From an uncultured bacterium (GTDB taxonomy: Bacteria > Actinomycetota > Acidimicrobiia > Spongiisociales > ZC4RG35), in NCBI GenBank assembly GCA_963785075.1, contig CAWATW010000004.1, positions 571,001 through 635,000 on the forward strand: a stretch of 64,000 nt of DNA, read 5' to 3'. The number at the start of each line of letters is the position of its first letter. The stretch's first letter is position 1. Positions 20,204 to 32,717 of this stretch are shown in pieces. The position numbers were made by a program, and so were the translations under genes. Under the pieces are notes generated by a model, which was given only the letters and a program-made list of their open reading frames with translations, searched no databases and was not told the DNA's origin.

Positions 20204-20739
20204 CACCTACCTGCCTTTCCGGCCTTGCGCCGCACGTACTCGCCGGAATAGCGGATGCCCTTGCCCTTGTACGGCTCCGGCGGGCGGATCTTGCGGATGT
20301 TGGCGGCCACCTGGCCGACCTGCTCCTTGTCGATGCCCGAAACGACGATCTTGTTCTGATCGACCACCTCGAAGGTGATCCCGTCAGGGGCGGGGAACGG
20401 GACCGAATGACTGAAGCCGAGTTGCATCTCGAGGTCGCTCCCCTTGAGCGCGGCGCGGTAGCCGACCCCGATGATCTCGAGCTCGCGCTTGTAGCCCTCA
20501 GAGACACCAGTCACCATGTTGGCGAGCAGGGCCCGGGACAAACCGTGGAGGGCCTTCGCCTCGCGTGAGTCGTCATCGCGGCTCACCGTGACCTGCTCGC
20601 CCTCGACCGAGAGACCCACACGATCCGGGAAGGTGCGTTCCAGCGTCCCCTTGGGACCCTTGACCGTCACATCCTGACCGGACACCGACACCTCGACCCC
20701 GGAGGGCACGGGCACCGGCATCTTTCCGATTCGGCTCAT
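20203..20739 (-). CDS. rplF: 50S ribosomal protein L6
   Basis: [20 protein letters not shown]. Confidence 0.97.
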   Translation of the reverse strand: MSRIGKMPVPVPSGVEVSVSGQDVTVKGPKGTLERTFPDRVGLSVEGEQVTVSRDDDSREAKALHGLSRALLANMVTGVSEGYKRELEIIGVGYRAALKGSDLEMQLGFSHSVPFPAPDGITFEVVDQNKIVVSGIDKEQVGQVAANIRKIRPPEPYKGKGIRYSGEYVRRKAGKAGR

Positions 20740-20740
20740 G

Positions 20741-21136
20741 TCACCACACCTCACACATGACTTCGCCGCCCAGCTTGCGTCGTCGAGCCTCACGGTCGGA
20801 CAGCAGTCCTTGGGAGGTCGAAACGATCGCGACTCCGAGGCCACCCTGGACCCGCTTGAGCTCGGCAGCACCCCTGTACACGCGGTGACCCGGCTTGGAG
20901 ATGCGCTTCAGCCCCTCGATCGCAGGCTTGCGACGATCTCCATAGCGGAGCACGAGCTTCAGCTCGGCGCCGGGATCTGCCGGCTTCACCTCGTAGCGGT
21001 CGATGAAACCCTCGGAGGCGAGGATGCGGGCGACCGCCTCCTTTTGCTTCGACGAAGGCAGTAGAACTTCCGCATGCCCAACCGCAACGGCGTTGCGGAT
21101 GCGGGTGAGCATGTCGGCGATTGGATCGGTCATCAT
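20741..21136 (-). CDS. rpsH: 30S ribosomal protein S8
   Basis: MTDPIADMLTRIRNA, ISKPGHRVY, STSQG. Confidence 0.97.
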   Translation of the reverse strand: MMTDPIADMLTRIRNAVAVGHAEVLLPSSKQKEAVARILASEGFIDRYEVKPADPGAELKLVLRYGDRRKPAIEGLKRISKPGHRVYRGAAELKRVQGGLGVAIVSTSQGLLSDREARRRKLGGEVMCEVW

Positions 21137-21138
21137 GA

Positions 21139-21324
21139 TTACCACGACGCCTTTCTGACACCTGGCAGCTCTCCGCGGCTGGCGAGCTCGCGGACGCAGA
21201 TACGGCACATCCCGAAGTCACGGAGATATGCGCGCGAACGTCCACAGCGCTTGCAGCGGTTGTAGCCACGTACCTTGAACTTTGGCTTCCTATTTGCCTT
21301 GGCGATCAGCGATTTCTTGGCCAT
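21139..21324 (-). CDS. rpsZ: 30S ribosomal protein S14 type Z (C+)
   Basis: 61 aa, RCKRCGR...[14 protein letters not shown]. Confidence 0.96.
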   Translation of the reverse strand: MAKKSLIAKANRKPKFKVRGYNRCKRCGRSRAYLRDFGMCRICVRELASRGELPGVRKASW

Positions 21325-21339
21325 CTCAAACTCTCCTCG

Positions 21340-21900
21340 TCAGACCTGGGCGCCCTGCTTGCGGAACGGGAACCCGAAGGCGTCGAGCAGCGCTTTGCCG
21401 GCCTCGTCGTCGGTCGCAGTGGTGCAGATGGTGATGTTCATGCCCCGGGTGGAGATGACACTGTCGAAGTCGACCTCTGGAAAGATCAACTGCTCGGTCA
21501 CCCCGAACGAGTAATTCCCGTTGCCGTCGAATCCCTTGGGATTGAGCCCACGGAAGTCTCGGATACGGGGGATCGCAACCGACAGCAGCCGGTCGAAGAA
21601 CTCCCACATGCGGTCACCACGCAGGGTCACGGAGGCTCCGATCGGCATGCCGGCACGGATCTTGAATCCGGCGATCGACTTGCGGGCAGCGTTCACGCGA
21701 GGCTTCTGCCCCGTGATCGTCGCCAGCTCGTCGATGGCAGACTCCATCTGCTTGCGGTCGCCGACCGCCTCTCCGATGCCCATGTTCACGACGATCTTCT
21801 GAAGCCGTGGAACCTGCATCGGATTCTCGAAACCGAGCTGGTCCGCCAGCTGGGCGGCCACCGTCTCGTTGTACTTCGCTTTGAGTCGAGGCGTGTTCAC
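21340..21900 (-). CDS. rplE: 50S ribosomal protein L5
   Basis: [32 protein letters not shown]; GTG start. Confidence 0.97.
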   Translation of the reverse strand: MNTPRLKAKYNETVAAQLADQLGFENPMQVPRLQKIVVNMGIGEAVGDRKQMESAIDELATITGQKPRVNAARKSIAGFKIRAGMPIGASVTLRGDRMWEFFDRLLSVAIPRIRDFRGLNPKGFDGNGNYSFGVTEQLIFPEVDFDSVISTRGMNITICTTATDDEAGKALLDAFGFPFRKQGAQV

Positions 21901-22202
21901 AGCCCACCTCCACACTTGGCGCACACCCGATGCTTTCCCTTGGCGTCGATCTTTGCGCCGATACGGGTAGGTCCGCACTTCGAGCAGACGATCATCACGT
22001 TGGACGCATCGATCGGCATGTCGCGATCGAGGATGCCTCCTGAGTTCGGCTGCTGCGGGTTCGTCTTCTGATGCTTCTTGGCGGTGTTGACACCCTCGAC
22101 CAGAACCTTGTTCGAGCTGGGGTAGACACGCTCGATGCGTGACTCCTTGCCGCGGTCCTTACCCGAGACCACAACGACCTTGTCGCCTTGTCGGAGCTTC
22201 AT
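21897..22202 (-). CDS. rplX: 50S ribosomal protein L24
   Basis: [16 protein letters not shown] motif, VEGVN, IDASNV. Confidence 0.96.
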   Translation of the reverse strand: MKLRQGDKVVVVSGKDRGKESRIERVYPSSNKVLVEGVNTAKKHQKTNPQQPNSGGILDRDMPIDASNVMIVCSKCGPTRIGAKIDAKGKHRVCAKCGGGL

Positions 22203-22203
22203 G

Positions 22204-22572
22204 TCAGATCACCTCCGGCGCGAGCGACACGATCCGCATGAAGCGCTTGTCGCGCAGCTCACGGGCCACCGGCCCGAAGATGCGAGTGCCGCGGGGCTGT
22301 TGGTTGTTGTCGATGATGACGCAGGCGTTGTCGTCGAAGCGGATGTAGGTGCCGTCCGGGCGACGACGTCCCTTGGCGGTGCGGACCACCACGGCCTTCA
22401 CCACCTCGCCCTTCTTGACGTTGCCACCCGGGGTTGCGTCCTTGACGGCCGCCACGATGACATCACCGACGCCGGCATAGCGTCGCTTCGACCCGCCGAG
22501 CACGCGGATGCAGAGCACCTCACGAGCTCCCGAGTTGTCGGCGACCCGAAGTCGGGATTCCTGCTGGATCAT
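22204..22572 (-). CDS. rplN: 50S ribosomal protein L14
   Basis: [16 protein letters not shown]...SLAPEVI. Confidence 0.98.
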   Translation of the reverse strand: MIQQESRLRVADNSGAREVLCIRVLGGSKRRYAGVGDVIVAAVKDATPGGNVKKGEVVKAVVVRTAKGRRRPDGTYIRFDDNACVIIDNNQQPRGTRIFGPVARELRDKRFMRIVSLAPEVI

Positions 22573-22826
22573 CGGGCACGCTCCACGACGTCCACCACCC
22601 GCCAGCGCTTCTGCTTCGACAGTGGCTTGGTCTCCATGATCCGAACGGTGTCACCCGTGCGGGCCTCGTTCGCCTCATCGTGTGCGTGGAACTTGGTGCT
22701 CCGCCTGACGACTTTGTCGTACCGGGGGTGCTTGAACGACGAGGGAACCTCGACCGTCACCGTCTTGTCCCGCGCGTCGGAGACGACGACACCCACGCGC
22801 ACCTTGCGTCGCGAACGCTCCTCCAT
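22569..22826 (-). CDS. rpsQ: 30S ribosomal protein S17
   Basis: [28 protein letters not shown]. Confidence 0.96.
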   Translation of the reverse strand: MEERSRRKVRVGVVVSDARDKTVTVEVPSSFKHPRYDKVVRRSTKFHAHDEANEARTGDTVRIMETKPLSKQKRWRVVDVVERAR

Positions 22827-23050
22827 CACGAGTCCTTTCCGGCGGTCGTGGCCCGCCACGCCGCGATCTCCTGCTCGCGCATCACGGTCAGGATGCGGGC
22901 GATATCTTTCTTGACGTCCCGGATCCGGGCCGTGTTGTCGAGCTGGTTCGTGGCGAGCTGAAACCTCAGGTTGAACAGCTCTTCCTTCGCCTCGCCGAGT
23001 TTGACCTCGAGCTCCTCGATGTTCATCTCACGAAGGTCGGCGACACTCAT
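22826..23050 (-). CDS. rpmC: 50S ribosomal protein L29
   Basis: [16 protein letters not shown]. Confidence 0.96.
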   Translation of the reverse strand: MSVADLREMNIEELEVKLGEAKEELFNLRFQLATNQLDNTARIRDVKKDIARILTVMREQEIAAWRATTAGKDS

Positions 23051-23460
23051 GAGTCCTCCCGGGTCACGAAACGAGTCTTGATCGGGAGCTTGTGGCCGGC
23101 GCGGCGCATGGCCTCACGGGCCAGGTCCTCGGGGACACCGGCGAGCTCGAACATCACACGACCCGGCTTGACGACCGCCACCCAGAACTCCGGATTTCCC
23201 TTCCCAGAGCCCATCCGGGTTTCCGCAGGCTTTGCGGTGACCGACTTGTCGGGGAAGATCGTGATCCAGACCTTCCCGCCACGGCGGATGGTTCGGGTGA
23301 TGGCGACACGAGCAGACTCGATCTGACGAGAGGTGATCCAAGCCGATTCGAGGGCCTGGATCCCGTACTCACCGAAGTTGACGCTAGTGCCGCCTTTGGC
23401 AACGCCAGATCTGCGACCGCGATGCACCTTCCGGTGCTTCACGCGCTTTGGCATCAACAT
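23047..23460 (-). CDS. rplP: 50S ribosomal protein L16
   Basis: [20 protein letters not shown]. Confidence 0.98.
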   Translation of the reverse strand: MLMPKRVKHRKVHRGRRSGVAKGGTSVNFGEYGIQALESAWITSRQIESARVAITRTIRRGGKVWITIFPDKSVTAKPAETRMGSGKGNPEFWVAVVKPGRVMFELAGVPEDLAREAMRRAGHKLPIKTRFVTREDS

Positions 23461-23466
23461 GTCGGA

Positions 23467-24648
23467 CTACTCCTCTTCCTCGGTGCTCGAGTCCTCGGTC
23501 TCGACGGCTTCGCCGGCCGGGGCCTCACTCGTTTCGACTGCCGCCTCGGCCTCGGCGGGGGCGGCTGCTTCCTGGGCCGCCTCCTCGGCGGGGGCGGCTG
23601 TCTCTTCGGCCGCCTCCTCGGCGGGGGCGGCTGGCACCACCGTCGTCTCGTCGGAAACGCCCTCGGCCATCGCCGTCTCCGGCGCTACCGGTGTGGTGTC
23701 TGAGGCTGTAGCGTCGGTCGAGGCAACCGTCTCCGATTCATCGACCACCTGACGCTCTTCGCGATATTGAGCCTCGGCTTCTTCCGCAGCGATGCGTCGC
23801 TTGCCGCCGCCGGCCTCGATGAGACGCCGGCCACCCTCACGCTTGCCACCTCCGGCCTCGATGAGACGCTTACCGCCTCCGGCCTCGATGAGCCTGGGAA
23901 CTCTATCACCTCCGGCGGCCTGTTCCGCCCGGGCTTTGGCCGGTGCAGCACGGCCACGAGTGGCAGGGCCACCGGTGGCGAGCGCCGCCTCTGCGGCGAT
24001 CTTCTCGCGGTCGCCGCCGGCCCCACGGAGCACATCGCCCTTGTAGACCCACACCTTCACACCGATGGTGCCCACCGTGGTGTGTGCGGTCGCAATTCCG
24101 AAGTCGACATCGGCACGAAGCGTGTGAAGCGGGACCCGGCCCTCGCGGTACCACTCACGGCGTCCCATCTCGGCACCACCGAGCCGTCCTTTCGCCTCGA
24201 CGCGGACGCCTTCGGCGCCGGCCTTCATGGCGGTGGCGACGGCACGCTTCATGGCACGTCGGAAAGCAACACGGTTCTCGAGCTGGTCGGCAATGCCTTG
24301 CGACAGCAGCTGAGCGTCGGTGTCGGCATCCTTCACCTCGATGATGTTCAACTTCACCGGCTTGGAGGCCATCTTCTCGAGCTCGCCCCGAAGCCGCTCT
24401 GCCTCGGATCCCTTGCGTCCGATCACCACACCCGGCCGGGCAGTATGGATCTCGACCACCACGCGGTCGCGAGTGCGCTCGATGTCGATCCTCGACACCG
24501 CACCACGACGCAACTGGCCACGCAGATAGTCGCGCAGCTTCCAGTCCTCGTTCACCAACTCCACGTAGTTGTTGTCCGAGTACCACTTGGATTTCCAGTC
24601 ATTGACGACCCCAATCCGGAATGCGTAGGGGTGTGTCTTCTGACCCAT
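23467..24648 (-). CDS. rpsC: 30S ribosomal protein S3 with long repeat-containing C-terminal extension
   Basis: [32 protein letters not shown]; about 180 extra residues after the core. Confidence 0.97.
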   Translation of the reverse strand: MGQKTHPYAFRIGVVNDWKSKWYSDNNYVELVNEDWKLRDYLRGQLRRGAVSRIDIERTRDRVVVEIHTARPGVVIGRKGSEAERLRGELEKMASKPVKLNIIEVKDADTDAQLLSQGIADQLENRVAFRRAMKRAVATAMKAGAEGVRVEAKGRLGGAEMGRREWYREGRVPLHTLRADVDFGIATAHTTVGTIGVKVWVYKGDVLRGAGGDREKIAAEAALATGGPATRGRAAPAKARAEQAAGGDRVPRLIEAGGGKRLIEAGGGKREGGRRLIEAGGGKRRIAAEEAEAQYREERQVVDESETVASTDATASDTTPVAPETAMAEGVSDETTVVPAAPAEEAAEETAAPAEEAAQEAAAPAEAEAAVETSEAPAGEAVETEDSSTEEEE

Positions 24649-24995
24649 CAGATCACCTCCCTGTTCCGGTCTGCCACCACGATGGTGATGTGACTCGTCC
24701 GCTTCCGAATGCGAGTGGCGCGACCACGAGCCCTTGGTCGGAATCGCTTGAGGGTCGGACCCTCATCGGCGTACGCCTCCGCCACGATGAGATCGTCGGC
24801 GTCGAGCGAATGGTTGTGCTCGGCGTTGGCGACGGCCGACTTCAGGACCTTGGCGATCGGCTCGGATGCACGCCGGCTGAGATGATCCAGGACGTGACCC
24901 GCTTCCTCGACGGGAAGCCCGCGCACGAGGTCGAGCACAACCCGGACCTTGTCGGGCGACTGCCTGATGTATTTGGCTTGAGCTCGTACCTTCAT
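24648..24995 (-). CDS. rplV: 50S ribosomal protein L22
   Basis: [26 protein letters not shown]. Confidence 0.97.
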   Translation of the reverse strand: MKVRAQAKYIRQSPDKVRVVLDLVRGLPVEEAGHVLDHLSRRASEPIAKVLKSAVANAEHNHSLDADDLIVAEAYADEGPTLKRFRPRARGRATRIRKRTSHITIVVADRNREVI

Positions 24996-25276
24996 CGCCG
25001 CTTGGCGCCCTTCTCTCTCTTGTCCGCATGACCGCGGAACGTCCGGGTCGGGGCGAACTCACCGAGTTTGTGCCCGACCATCGACTCGGTGATGTACACG
25101 GGAACGTGCTTGCGCCCATCGTGAACCGCCAACGTGTGCCCGATCATCTCGGGAACGATCGTCGAGCGCCGGCTCCATGTCCGAACCACGCGCTTCTCGT
25201 TCCGAGAGTTCAGGGCTTCGATCTTCTCGAGCAGGTGATCGTCGACGAAAGGGCCCTTCTTCAAACTACGCGCCAT
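24992..25276 (-). CDS. rpsS: 30S ribosomal protein S19
   Basis: [23 protein letters not shown]. Confidence 0.98.
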   Translation of the reverse strand: MARSLKKGPFVDDHLLEKIEALNSRNEKRVVRTWSRRSTIVPEMIGHTLAVHDGRKHVPVYITESMVGHKLGEFAPTRTFRGHADKREKGAKRR

Positions 25277-25279
25277 CGC

Positions 25280-26116
25280 TTACCTCCGACCCTTCGTGTT
25301 CCGACGGCGCACGATGTCCTTGTTCGACGCCTTTTTCTTCGACCGGGTCCGACCCTCCGGCTTGCCCCAAGGGCTGACGGGATGACGGCCACCAGAGCTC
25401 TTCCCTTCACCACCGCCGAGCGGATGATCGACGGGGTTCATGGCCACGCCCCGGGTTTGGGGTCGAACGCCCTTCCAGCGGTTGCGCCCGGCCTTGCCGA
25501 GCTTCACCAGTTCCGACTCGGTGTTCCCCACCTGACCGACGGTGGCCCGGCAGTCGAGCGGCACCGTGCGCATCTCGCCGGAAGGCAACCGGAGCAGCGC
25601 CCGGTCGTTCTCCTTCGACATGAGCTGAACCGACGACCCAGCAGAGCGTGCCAGCTTCGCACCGCCACCCGGGCGCATCTCGATCGCGTGCACGTTGGTA
25701 CCGGCCGGGATGTTCCGCAGCGGCAGAGCGTTCCCAGGGCGGATGTCGGCGCCCGAACCGGACTCCAACATGTCCCCGACCTTGATTCCGACCGGGGCGA
25801 GGATGTATCGCTTCTCGCCGTCCACGTAGTGGAGCAGCGCAATGCGGGCATTTCGGTTGGGGTCGTACTCGATCGAGGCGACCTTGGCCGGCACAGAGTC
25901 CTTGGTCCGACGGAAGTCGATGATACGGTACTTCTGCTTGTGGCCACCGCCCCGATGCCGCGACGTGACCCGCCCGTAGACGTTGCGGCCGCCCGACGAG
26001 GGCTTCTTCGCCAGCAACGACTTCTCGGGCTCGTTCTTCTTCGTGACCTCGGCGAAGTCGGAGACGGTCTGGAACCGTCGCCCCGCCGAAGTCGGCTTGC
26101 GCTTGTTCACTGCCAT
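25280..26116 (-). CDS. rplB: 50S ribosomal protein L2
   Basis: [23 protein letters not shown]. Confidence 0.98.
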   Translation of the reverse strand: MAVNKRKPTSAGRRFQTVSDFAEVTKKNEPEKSLLAKKPSSGGRNVYGRVTSRHRGGGHKQKYRIIDFRRTKDSVPAKVASIEYDPNRNARIALLHYVDGEKRYILAPVGIKVGDMLESGSGADIRPGNALPLRNIPAGTNVHAIEMRPGGGAKLARSAGSSVQLMSKENDRALLRLPSGEMRTVPLDCRATVGQVGNTESELVKLGKAGRNRWKGVRPQTRGVAMNPVDHPLGGGEGKSSGGRHPVSPWGKPEGRTRSKKKASNKDIVRRRNTKGRR

Positions 26117-26117
26117 C

Positions 26118-26405
26118 TCAGACTCCGAACAATTCGATCGATTGGCCCTCATCCAGTGTGACGAGGGCTCGTTTCACGTTCTTGCGCTTTCCCGTCACCC
26201 AGCCGGTGCGCTTCACCTTGCCTTGGCGATTCTGGGTGTTCACCGAGGTGACCTTCACATCGAAGATCTCCTGGATCGCCTGCTTGATCTCGGTCTTGTT
26301 GGAGCGGGGATCGACCATGAAGGTGTAGGTGTTCGAGTTCTCGATGAGGTCGTACGACTTCTCCGAGATCACCGGCGCAAAAATGATGTCGCGTGGGTCC
26401 TTCAT
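26118..26405 (-). CDS. rplW: 50S ribosomal protein L23
   Basis: [22 protein letters not shown]. Confidence 0.96.
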   Translation of the reverse strand: MKDPRDIIFAPVISEKSYDLIENSNTYTFMVDPRSNKTEIKQAIQEIFDVKVTSVNTQNRQGKVKRTGWVTGKRKNVKRALVTLDEGQSIELFGV

Positions 26406-27106
26406 CACCCCTCACCTCCTTCGACGGCCGCAGACTCCTTGGATTCCTTCACGAAGTCGTCGGCCGCCACCTCGTAACGCTTGCCCGGGCGACCGACCGC
26501 CTCGACCGTGTCCGTCGTGAACACGACACGATCGGACCACAACACGTCGTAGGTGGTGACGTGGCCCGGCTCGACGACGACCACGTCTTGAAGGTTGCGG
26601 AAGGCACGATGGGCGATGACGTCGCCTCGATCGACGACCAGGAGCGTCTTGCGACCGGCCCCGATCTTGTCGAGGAACTCCACGGCGCGCTTCGTCTTGG
26701 CCGTGTCCCAGTCAAGGGTGTCGATCACGAGAACCGCATCCTCCGAGGCGCGGGCCGAGAGCGCCGATCGGAGTGCAAGGCGCTTCATCTTCTTGGGCGT
26801 GCGCTGGCTGTAGTCACGCGGCTTGGGCCCATGGGCGACACCGCCGCCGGCCCAATGTGGTGCACGGATCGAACCTTGCCGAGCACGACCGAGACCCTTC
26901 TGGCGCCATGGCTTCCGACCGCCACCGCGAACCTCTGCACGGGTCTTGGTCGACGCCGTGCCCGATCGGGCGCCCGCCAGCTGGGCGGTGACGACCTGAT
27001 GCATGACGGCGTGATTCGGCTCGATCCCGAAGATCTCGGCATCGAGCGTGACATCGCCCTTGGCGGAGCCGTCGGTGCCGAAATGTGTCGCTTTGATCTC
27101 AGACAT
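26405..27106 (-). CDS. rplD: 50S ribosomal protein L4
   Basis: [27 protein letters not shown]. Confidence 0.97.
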   Translation of the reverse strand: MSEIKATHFGTDGSAKGDVTLDAEIFGIEPNHAVMHQVVTAQLAGARSGTASTKTRAEVRGGGRKPWRQKGLGRARQGSIRAPHWAGGGVAHGPKPRDYSQRTPKKMKRLALRSALSARASEDAVLVIDTLDWDTAKTKRAVEFLDKIGAGRKTLLVVDRGDVIAHRAFRNLQDVVVVEPGHVTTYDVLWSDRVVFTTDTVEAVGRPGKRYEVAADDFVKESKESAAVEGGEG

Positions 27107-27758
27107 CGCTCGCGCTCCTCGCCTTCACGGCTTCACGAACGAGCACGATCGAGCCGTTTGGTCCTGGCACCGGACCACCGAGCAGCAAGAGGCCTCGCTC
27201 TGCGTCGACCTCGACGATCTCGAGGTTGAGAATGGTGGTCTTGTCGCCACCCATCCGCCCAGCCATGCGAGTGCCCTTGAACACCCGTGCAGGAGTCGCG
27301 CATGCGCCGATCGACCCGGGCGCACGATGCTTTTTGTGGTTTCCGTGGCTGGCGCCCTGACCTGAGAAGTTGTGACGCTTCATCACGCCGGCGAAGCCCT
27401 TGCCCTTGGAGATCCCGGTGACGTCGGCCTTTCCGCCCTTGGCCAGCACGTCGCCGATGCCGATCTCCTGGCCTATCTCGAAGCCGGCGGCGTCGTCGAC
27501 GCGAACTTCCACCAGGTTCGCCACCGGTGCGACTCCGGCCTTGGCGAAGTGCCCGGCGTCCGGCTTGTTGACACGATTCGGCTTCACGTCCCCAAATCCG
27601 ATCTGGACGGCTGAGTAGCCATCGGTCTCGGGCCGCTTCACCTGCACGATGTGGCAAGGCCCGGCCTTGATCACGGTCACCGGGATCGCCCTGGCGTCCG
27701 CGTCGAAGATCTGCGTCATCCCCAGCTTCTCGCCGAGAATCGCATTCAATGAACTCAT
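27099..27758 (-). CDS. rplC: 50S ribosomal protein L3
   Basis: [27 protein letters not shown]. Confidence 0.97.
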   Translation of the reverse strand: MSSLNAILGEKLGMTQIFDADARAIPVTVIKAGPCHIVQVKRPETDGYSAVQIGFGDVKPNRVNKPDAGHFAKAGVAPVANLVEVRVDDAAGFEIGQEIGIGDVLAKGGKADVTGISKGKGFAGVMKRHNFSGQGASHGNHKKHRAPGSIGACATPARVFKGTRMAGRMGGDKTTILNLEIVEVDAERGLLLLGGPVPGPNGSIVLVREAVKARSASDV

Positions 27759-27784
27759 GCCTGCACCTCCGAGTTCTCAGATCC

Positions 27785-27815
27785 ACGCAAGGCGCAGGAC
27801 GCAAGACGCAAGACG
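27785..27815. repeat. Single-arm heptamer array (ACGCAAG)n at the rpsJ-rplC junction
   Basis: ACGCAAG GCGCAGG ACGCAAG ACGCAAG ACG. Confidence 0.7.
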
Positions 27816-27816
27816 G

Positions 27817-28125
27817 TCACAGCTTGATCTCCACTTCCACACCTGCCGGCAAGTCGAGCCGCATCAGCGAGTCCACCGTCTTCGGCGTCGGCTCGAGGAT
27901 GTCGATCAGACGCTTGTGAATGCGCAGCTCGAAGTGCTCGCGAGACGTCTTGTGAACATGGGGTCCACGAATCACGCAGTACCGATGGATCTCGGTCGGT
28001 AGCGGCACCGGTCCCTTGATCTTTGCCTGGGTGCGGACCACGGTTTCGGCGATCTTCTTCGACGATTCGTCGACGACCTGATGGTCGTACGCCTTCAACC
28101 TGATCCTGATCTTCTGATCTGACAT
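27817..28125 (-). CDS. rpsJ: 30S ribosomal protein S10
   Basis: [25 protein letters not shown]. Confidence 0.98.
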   Translation of the reverse strand: MSDQKIRIRLKAYDHQVVDESSKKIAETVVRTQAKIKGPVPLPTEIHRYCVIRGPHVHKTSREHFELRIHKRLIDILEPTPKTVDSLMRLDLPAGVEVEIKL

Positions 28126-28132
28126 CTTTCCT

Positions 28133-28212
28133 CAGTCTCCAGTCTCGGGTCTCCAGTCTCCAGTTCCACGCTCAGCCACCGACTGGTGACCGGGGACTGG
28201 GGACTCGGGACT
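28133..28212. repeat. Inverted heptamer-array pair at the tuf-rpsJ junction
   Basis: CAGTCTC CAGTCTC GGGTCTC CAGTCTC CAG...GACTGGT GACCGGG GACTGGG GACTCGG GACT. Confidence 0.8.
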
Positions 28213-28217
28213 CTTCA

Positions 28218-29408
28218 CTACTTGTTGATCTTGGTGACCCGGCCGGCGCCAACCGTCCGACCACCCTCACGAATCGCAAACCGCTGCCCCTCATCCATCG
28301 CAATCGGAGTGATCAACTCAACCGTCATCTCCGTATTGTCACCAGGCATCACCATCTGCGTCCCCTCCGGCAACGTCACCGCACCCGTCACATCCGTCGT
28401 CCGGAAATAAAACTGCGGCCGATACCCCGAGAAAAACGGATTATGACGGCCACCCTCCTCACGAGTCAGAATATAAACCTGAGCCTCAAAATCGGTATGC
28501 GGAGTGATCGAACCCGGCTTGGCCAACACCTGACCACGCTCAACCTCATCCTTCCCCACCCCACGAAGAAGAACCCCAACATTGTCCCCAGCCTGACCCT
28601 GATCCAACAACTTCCGGAACATCTCAATCCCAGTAGCCACCGTCTTACGAGTATCCCGAATCCCAACGATCTCAACCTCTTCGTTCACATTCAAAACACC
28701 CTGCTCGATCTTCCCAGTCACCACCGTCCCCCGACCCGTGATACTGAACACATCCTCAATCGGCATCAAAAACGGCTTATCCGTATCCCGATCAGGCTCA
28801 GGAACAAACGAATCCACCGCCTCCATCAACTCCATCACCTGATCCTGCGACGCCTCATCACCCTCCAACGCCTTCAACGCAGAACCACGCACCACCGGAA
28901 TGTCATCACCCGGAAACTCATACTCGGTCAACAGATCACGAACCTCCAACTCGACCAAATCGAGCAGCTCCTCATCATCCACCATGTCAACCTTGTTCAA
29001 AAACACCACAATCGACGGCACACCCACCTGACGCGCCAACAACACATGCTCCCGCGTCTGCGGCATCGGCCCATCCGTAGCCGACACCACCAAAATCGCA
29101 CCATCCACCTGCGCAGCACCCGTAATCATGTTCTTGATATAATCAGCATGACCCGGCATATCCACATGCGCATAATGCCGAGCCGCCGTCTCATACTCCA
29201 CATGAGCGATCTGAATCGTGATCCCCCGCTCACGCTCCTCAGGCGCCTTATCAATATTCTCAAAATCCGTGAACGCGTTGTTCCCACCCACACGCTCAAA
29301 CAAAGTCTTCGTAATCGCAGCCGTCAACGTCGTCTTCCCATGATCAATATGACCCATCGTCCCAACATTCACATGCGGCTTCGTACGCTCAAACTTCGCC
29401 TTCGCCAT
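28218..29408 (-). CDS. tuf: Elongation factor Tu
   Basis: [34 protein letters not shown]. Confidence 0.99.
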   Translation of the reverse strand: MAKAKFERTKPHVNVGTMGHIDHGKTTLTAAITKTLFERVGGNNAFTDFENIDKAPEERERGITIQIAHVEYETAARHYAHVDMPGHADYIKNMITGAAQVDGAILVVSATDGPMPQTREHVLLARQVGVPSIVVFLNKVDMVDDEELLDLVELEVRDLLTEYEFPGDDIPVVRGSALKALEGDEASQDQVMELMEAVDSFVPEPDRDTDKPFLMPIEDVFSITGRGTVVTGKIEQGVLNVNEEVEIVGIRDTRKTVATGIEMFRKLLDQGQAGDNVGVLLRGVGKDEVERGQVLAKPGSITPHTDFEAQVYILTREEGGRHNPFFSGYRPQFYFRTTDVTGAVTLPEGTQMVMPGDNTEMTVELITPIAMDEGQRFAIREGGRTVGAGRVTKINK

Positions 29409-29445
29409 GATGACTTCTCCTGGTCTCTCTCTCGACTGGGTGTGT

Positions 29446-31554
29446 TCAGGAACCGCGCCTGCTCGCCACGATCTCTTCGGCGAGGGTGTTCGGCACGTCT
29501 TGATATGAATGGAACTGCATCGAATACGAGGCACGACCCTGGGTCTTCGACCGCAGGTCTCCCACGTACCCGAACATCTCTGACAGCGGCACCAGCGCCT
29601 TCACGACTCGTGCGTTGCCGCGCTGGTTCATCGACTCGACCTGGCCTCGCCTCGAGTTGAGGTCGCCGATCACATCGCCCATGTAGTCCTCGGGCGTCGT
29701 CACCTCGACTTCCATCATCGGTTCCAGGAGCTTGACGCCGGCCTTGCGGGCCGCCTCCTGCAACGCCATGGAGCCGGCGATGCGGAACGCCATCTCCGAC
29801 GAGTCCACATCGTGGTACGAGCCGTCGACCAGCACCGCCCTGACGTCGACCAGCGGGTAGCCCGCCAACACTCCGTTGTCGAGCGCCTGCTCGATGCCGG
29901 AGTCGACCGCCGGGATGTACTCGCGGGGCACCTTGCCGCCCTTGATCTCGTCGACGAACTCGTATCCGCCTCCAGGACCAGTGGGTTCGAGGTTGATGAT
30001 CACATGGGCGTATTGGCCTTTGCCACCGGTCTGCTTGGCGTACTTGAGGTCCACCCGCTCGACGGGAGCCTTGATCGTCTCGCGATAGGCCACCTGGGGG
30101 CGTCCGACGTTTGCCGCCACTCTGAACTCCCGCACCAAGCGGTCGACCAGGATCTCGAGGTGGAGTTCGCCCATGCCGGCGATGATCGTCTGACCGGTCT
30201 CGTCGTCGGTACGCACCAAGAACGTGGGATCTTCCTCGGCGAGCTTCTGCAGCGACTCCGAGAGCTTCTCCTCGTCGGACTTGGTCTTCGGCTCGATCGC
30301 CACCGAGATCACCGGCGCCGGGAAGGTCATCGACTCCAGCTGAACCTCGGCGCCCTGCGCTGCGAGCGTGTCACCGGTCTTCACGTTCTTGAGGCCGACT
30401 GCGGCCACGATGTCACCGGTGAAGACATCGTCGATGTCCTCGCGATGGTTGGCGTGCATCCTCAGGATGCGGCCCAGTCGCTCCTTGTTTCCGCTCGTGG
30501 TGTTGATCACGGTCTCGCCCTTGGCGGCGTGTCCCGAGTAGACCCGGAAGTACGTGAGCTTGCCCACGTGCGGGTCGCTCATGATCTTGAAGGCGAGCGC
30601 CGAGAACGGCTCTGAGTCGTCCGCCTTGCGCACGATCTCGATCTCTTCGTCACCTGGCTTGTGCCCCTTCGTGGGCAGGACGTCGACCGGGCTCGGGAGG
30701 TACGTGACGATGGCATCGAGCAGGAGCTGAACACCCTTGTTCTTGAACGCCGAGCCGCAGAACACGGGAGTGAACAGATGATCCAGCGTGCCCTTTCGGA
30801 CACCGGACTTGATCTCGTCGACCGAAAGATCGCCGTTCTCGAGATACCTCTCGAGCAACGTCTCGTCGGTCTCGGCCACCGCCTCCACGAGGGCATGCCG
30901 GTAGCTGCCGGCACGCTCGGCGAGTTCGGCAGGGACGTCGGTGGTGTCCCACTGCTTGCCGTCGTCGCCTCTCCACACGTGGGCCCGCATCTCGACGAGG
31001 TCGATCACGCCGAGGAAATCGGACTCGGCTCCGATGGGAAGCTGCATCACGAGCGGCTTGGCGTTGAGACGCTCGACGATCGAGTCGACATCGAAATAGA
31101 AGTCGGCTCCGGTTCGGTCGAGCTTGTTGATGAAGCAGATTCGCGGGACGCCGTAGCGATCGGCCTGGCGCCAGACGGTCTCAGACTGGGGCTCGACACC
31201 GGCGACGCCATCGAAGACGGCGACCGCACCGTCGAGAACCCGGAGGCTGCGCTCCACTTCCACGGTGAAGTCGACGTGGCCAGGGGTATCGATGATGTTG
31301 ATGTTGTGATCGTGCCAGATGCAGGTGGTGGCGGCGGAGGTGATGGTGATGCCTCGCTCCTGCTCCTGCTCCATCCAATCCATGGTGGCGGCACCCTCGT
31401 GCACTTCACCGATCTTGTAGTTCTTGCCGGTGTAGTAGAGGATGCGCTCGGTGAGCGTGGTCTTACCTGCGTCGATGTGCGCCATGATCCCGATGTTGCG
31501 AGTTCGGGTAAGCGGCACCTGTCGCAAGTGTGACAGCGCGTTTCCATTGCTCAT
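29446..31554 (-). CDS. fusA: Elongation factor G
   Basis: [34 protein letters not shown]. Confidence 0.99.
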   Translation of the reverse strand: MSNGNALSHLRQVPLTRTRNIGIMAHIDAGKTTLTERILYYTGKNYKIGEVHEGAATMDWMEQEQERGITITSAATTCIWHDHNINIIDTPGHVDFTVEVERSLRVLDGAVAVFDGVAGVEPQSETVWRQADRYGVPRICFINKLDRTGADFYFDVDSIVERLNAKPLVMQLPIGAESDFLGVIDLVEMRAHVWRGDDGKQWDTTDVPAELAERAGSYRHALVEAVAETDETLLERYLENGDLSVDEIKSGVRKGTLDHLFTPVFCGSAFKNKGVQLLLDAIVTYLPSPVDVLPTKGHKPGDEEIEIVRKADDSEPFSALAFKIMSDPHVGKLTYFRVYSGHAAKGETVINTTSGNKERLGRILRMHANHREDIDDVFTGDIVAAVGLKNVKTGDTLAAQGAEVQLESMTFPAPVISVAIEPKTKSDEEKLSESLQKLAEEDPTFLVRTDDETGQTIIAGMGELHLEILVDRLVREFRVAANVGRPQVAYRETIKAPVERVDLKYAKQTGGKGQYAHVIINLEPTGPGGGYEFVDEIKGGKVPREYIPAVDSGIEQALDNGVLAGYPLVDVRAVLVDGSYHDVDSSEMAFRIAGSMALQEAARKAGVKLLEPMMEVEVTTPEDYMGDVIGDLNSRRGQVESMNQRGNARVVKALVPLSEMFGYVGDLRSKTQGRASYSMQFHSYQDVPNTLAEEIVASRRGS

Positions 31555-31632
31555 GATCTCTTCTACTCCGGTCGTTATGGACTTGTGGGTGTGCCTGGCG
31601 AGTACCGGCAGGCGAAGCGTCTCGGCTTCAGC

Positions 31633-32100
31633 TCACCAGCGGTAGTGGGCGAAGGCTCGGTTCGACTCCGCCATCTTGTGGACGTCTTCTTTGCGCTTGA
31701 TCGCTGCCCCCGAGTTGTTGGAGGCATCGAGAATCTCATTTGCGAGCCGGGCGGCCATCGTCGGCTCCTTGCGGCGGCGAGCGAAGCCCACCAGCCAACG
31801 GATGGCCAGCGTGTTCGACCTCCGTGCGGACACCTCGACCGGGACCTGATACGAAGACCCGCCTACGCGGCGAGACCGGACCTCGACCTGAGGCCGAATG
31901 TTGTCGACTGCCCGCTTGAGGACGTTCACAGGATCCTGATTGGAGCGACGCTCGACCAGCTCGAGTGCGTCATAGACGATCGAGCGGGCGACGTCCTTCT
32001 TCCCCTTCAGCAGGACCTTGTTGATGACCTGGCTGACGAGGACACTCCGGAACACCGGATCAGGTGCGATCTTCCTCTTCTGGGCGGGGGCTCGACGCAT
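31633..32100 (-). CDS. rpsG: 30S ribosomal protein S7
   Basis: [28 protein letters not shown]. Confidence 0.98.
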   Translation of the reverse strand: MRRAPAQKRKIAPDPVFRSVLVSQVINKVLLKGKKDVARSIVYDALELVERRSNQDPVNVLKRAVDNIRPQVEVRSRRVGGSSYQVPVEVSARRSNTLAIRWLVGFARRRKEPTMAARLANEILDASNNSGAAIKRKEDVHKMAESNRAFAHYRW

Positions 32101-32471
32101 CAGCTCTCCTTCTTGGCCCCGTATCGGGAGCGGGCCTGCTTGCGGTCCTTGACGCCGGAAGCATCCAGGGTCCCGCGAATGACCTTGTAGCGAACGCCGG
32201 GAAGGTCGCGGACGCGTCCTCCGCGAACGAGCACGATGGAGTGCTCCTGGAGGTTGTGGCCTTCTCCGGGGATGTAGGCAGTGATCTCATACCCGGTCGA
32301 CAGTCGCACGCGGGCGACCTTGCGCAGGGCAGAATTCGGCTTCTTGGGAGTGACGGTGTAGACGCGGGTGCACACACCTCGCGCCTGCGGAGCGCCGGCG
32401 AGACCCGCCGTCTTGGCCTTCTTCTTCTTCTTTTGCCTGCCCTCGCGAACGAGTTGCTGGATTGTCGGCAT
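32100..32471 (-). CDS. rpsL: 30S ribosomal protein S12
   Basis: [30 protein letters not shown]. Confidence 0.99.
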   Translation of the reverse strand: MPTIQQLVREGRQKKKKKAKTAGLAGAPQARGVCTRVYTVTPKKPNSALRKVARVRLSTGYEITAYIPGEGHNLQEHSIVLVRGGRVRDLPGVRYKVIRGTLDASGVKDRKQARSRYGAKKES

Positions 32472-32688
32472 GTCACTCCTAACGCGGACGAGAAAACCCT
32501 CGGATCGGATGGGCGTCTCGTGTCTTCTGACCCGTCTCCCGGGGGCACCTCAGCGCAGGTCACGCCACCAGGAACCAGTCAGGAGTTGGGGTGGGATACC
32601 GGCGCCCGGCGCCAGAAACCCTCGGTCCACAACCGTCGGCTGACGCCGGGCGGCGGTGCACACCCGTGGTACTCGACCACGGCCCGCC

Positions 32689-32717
32689 AGTATACGGACG
32701 CGGTCTGCACGGGTCAA
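32689..32717 (-). promoter_or_regulatory. sigmaA-type promoter of the str operon
   Basis: TTGACC-N17-TATACT on the minus strand, about 215 nt upstream of rpsL. Confidence 0.75.

Noticed and set aside
28443-29660. 405-aa plus-strand ORF antisense to tuf
   Set aside because: Shadow frame of tuf with His/Leu/Arg-rich composition and no recognisable motif.
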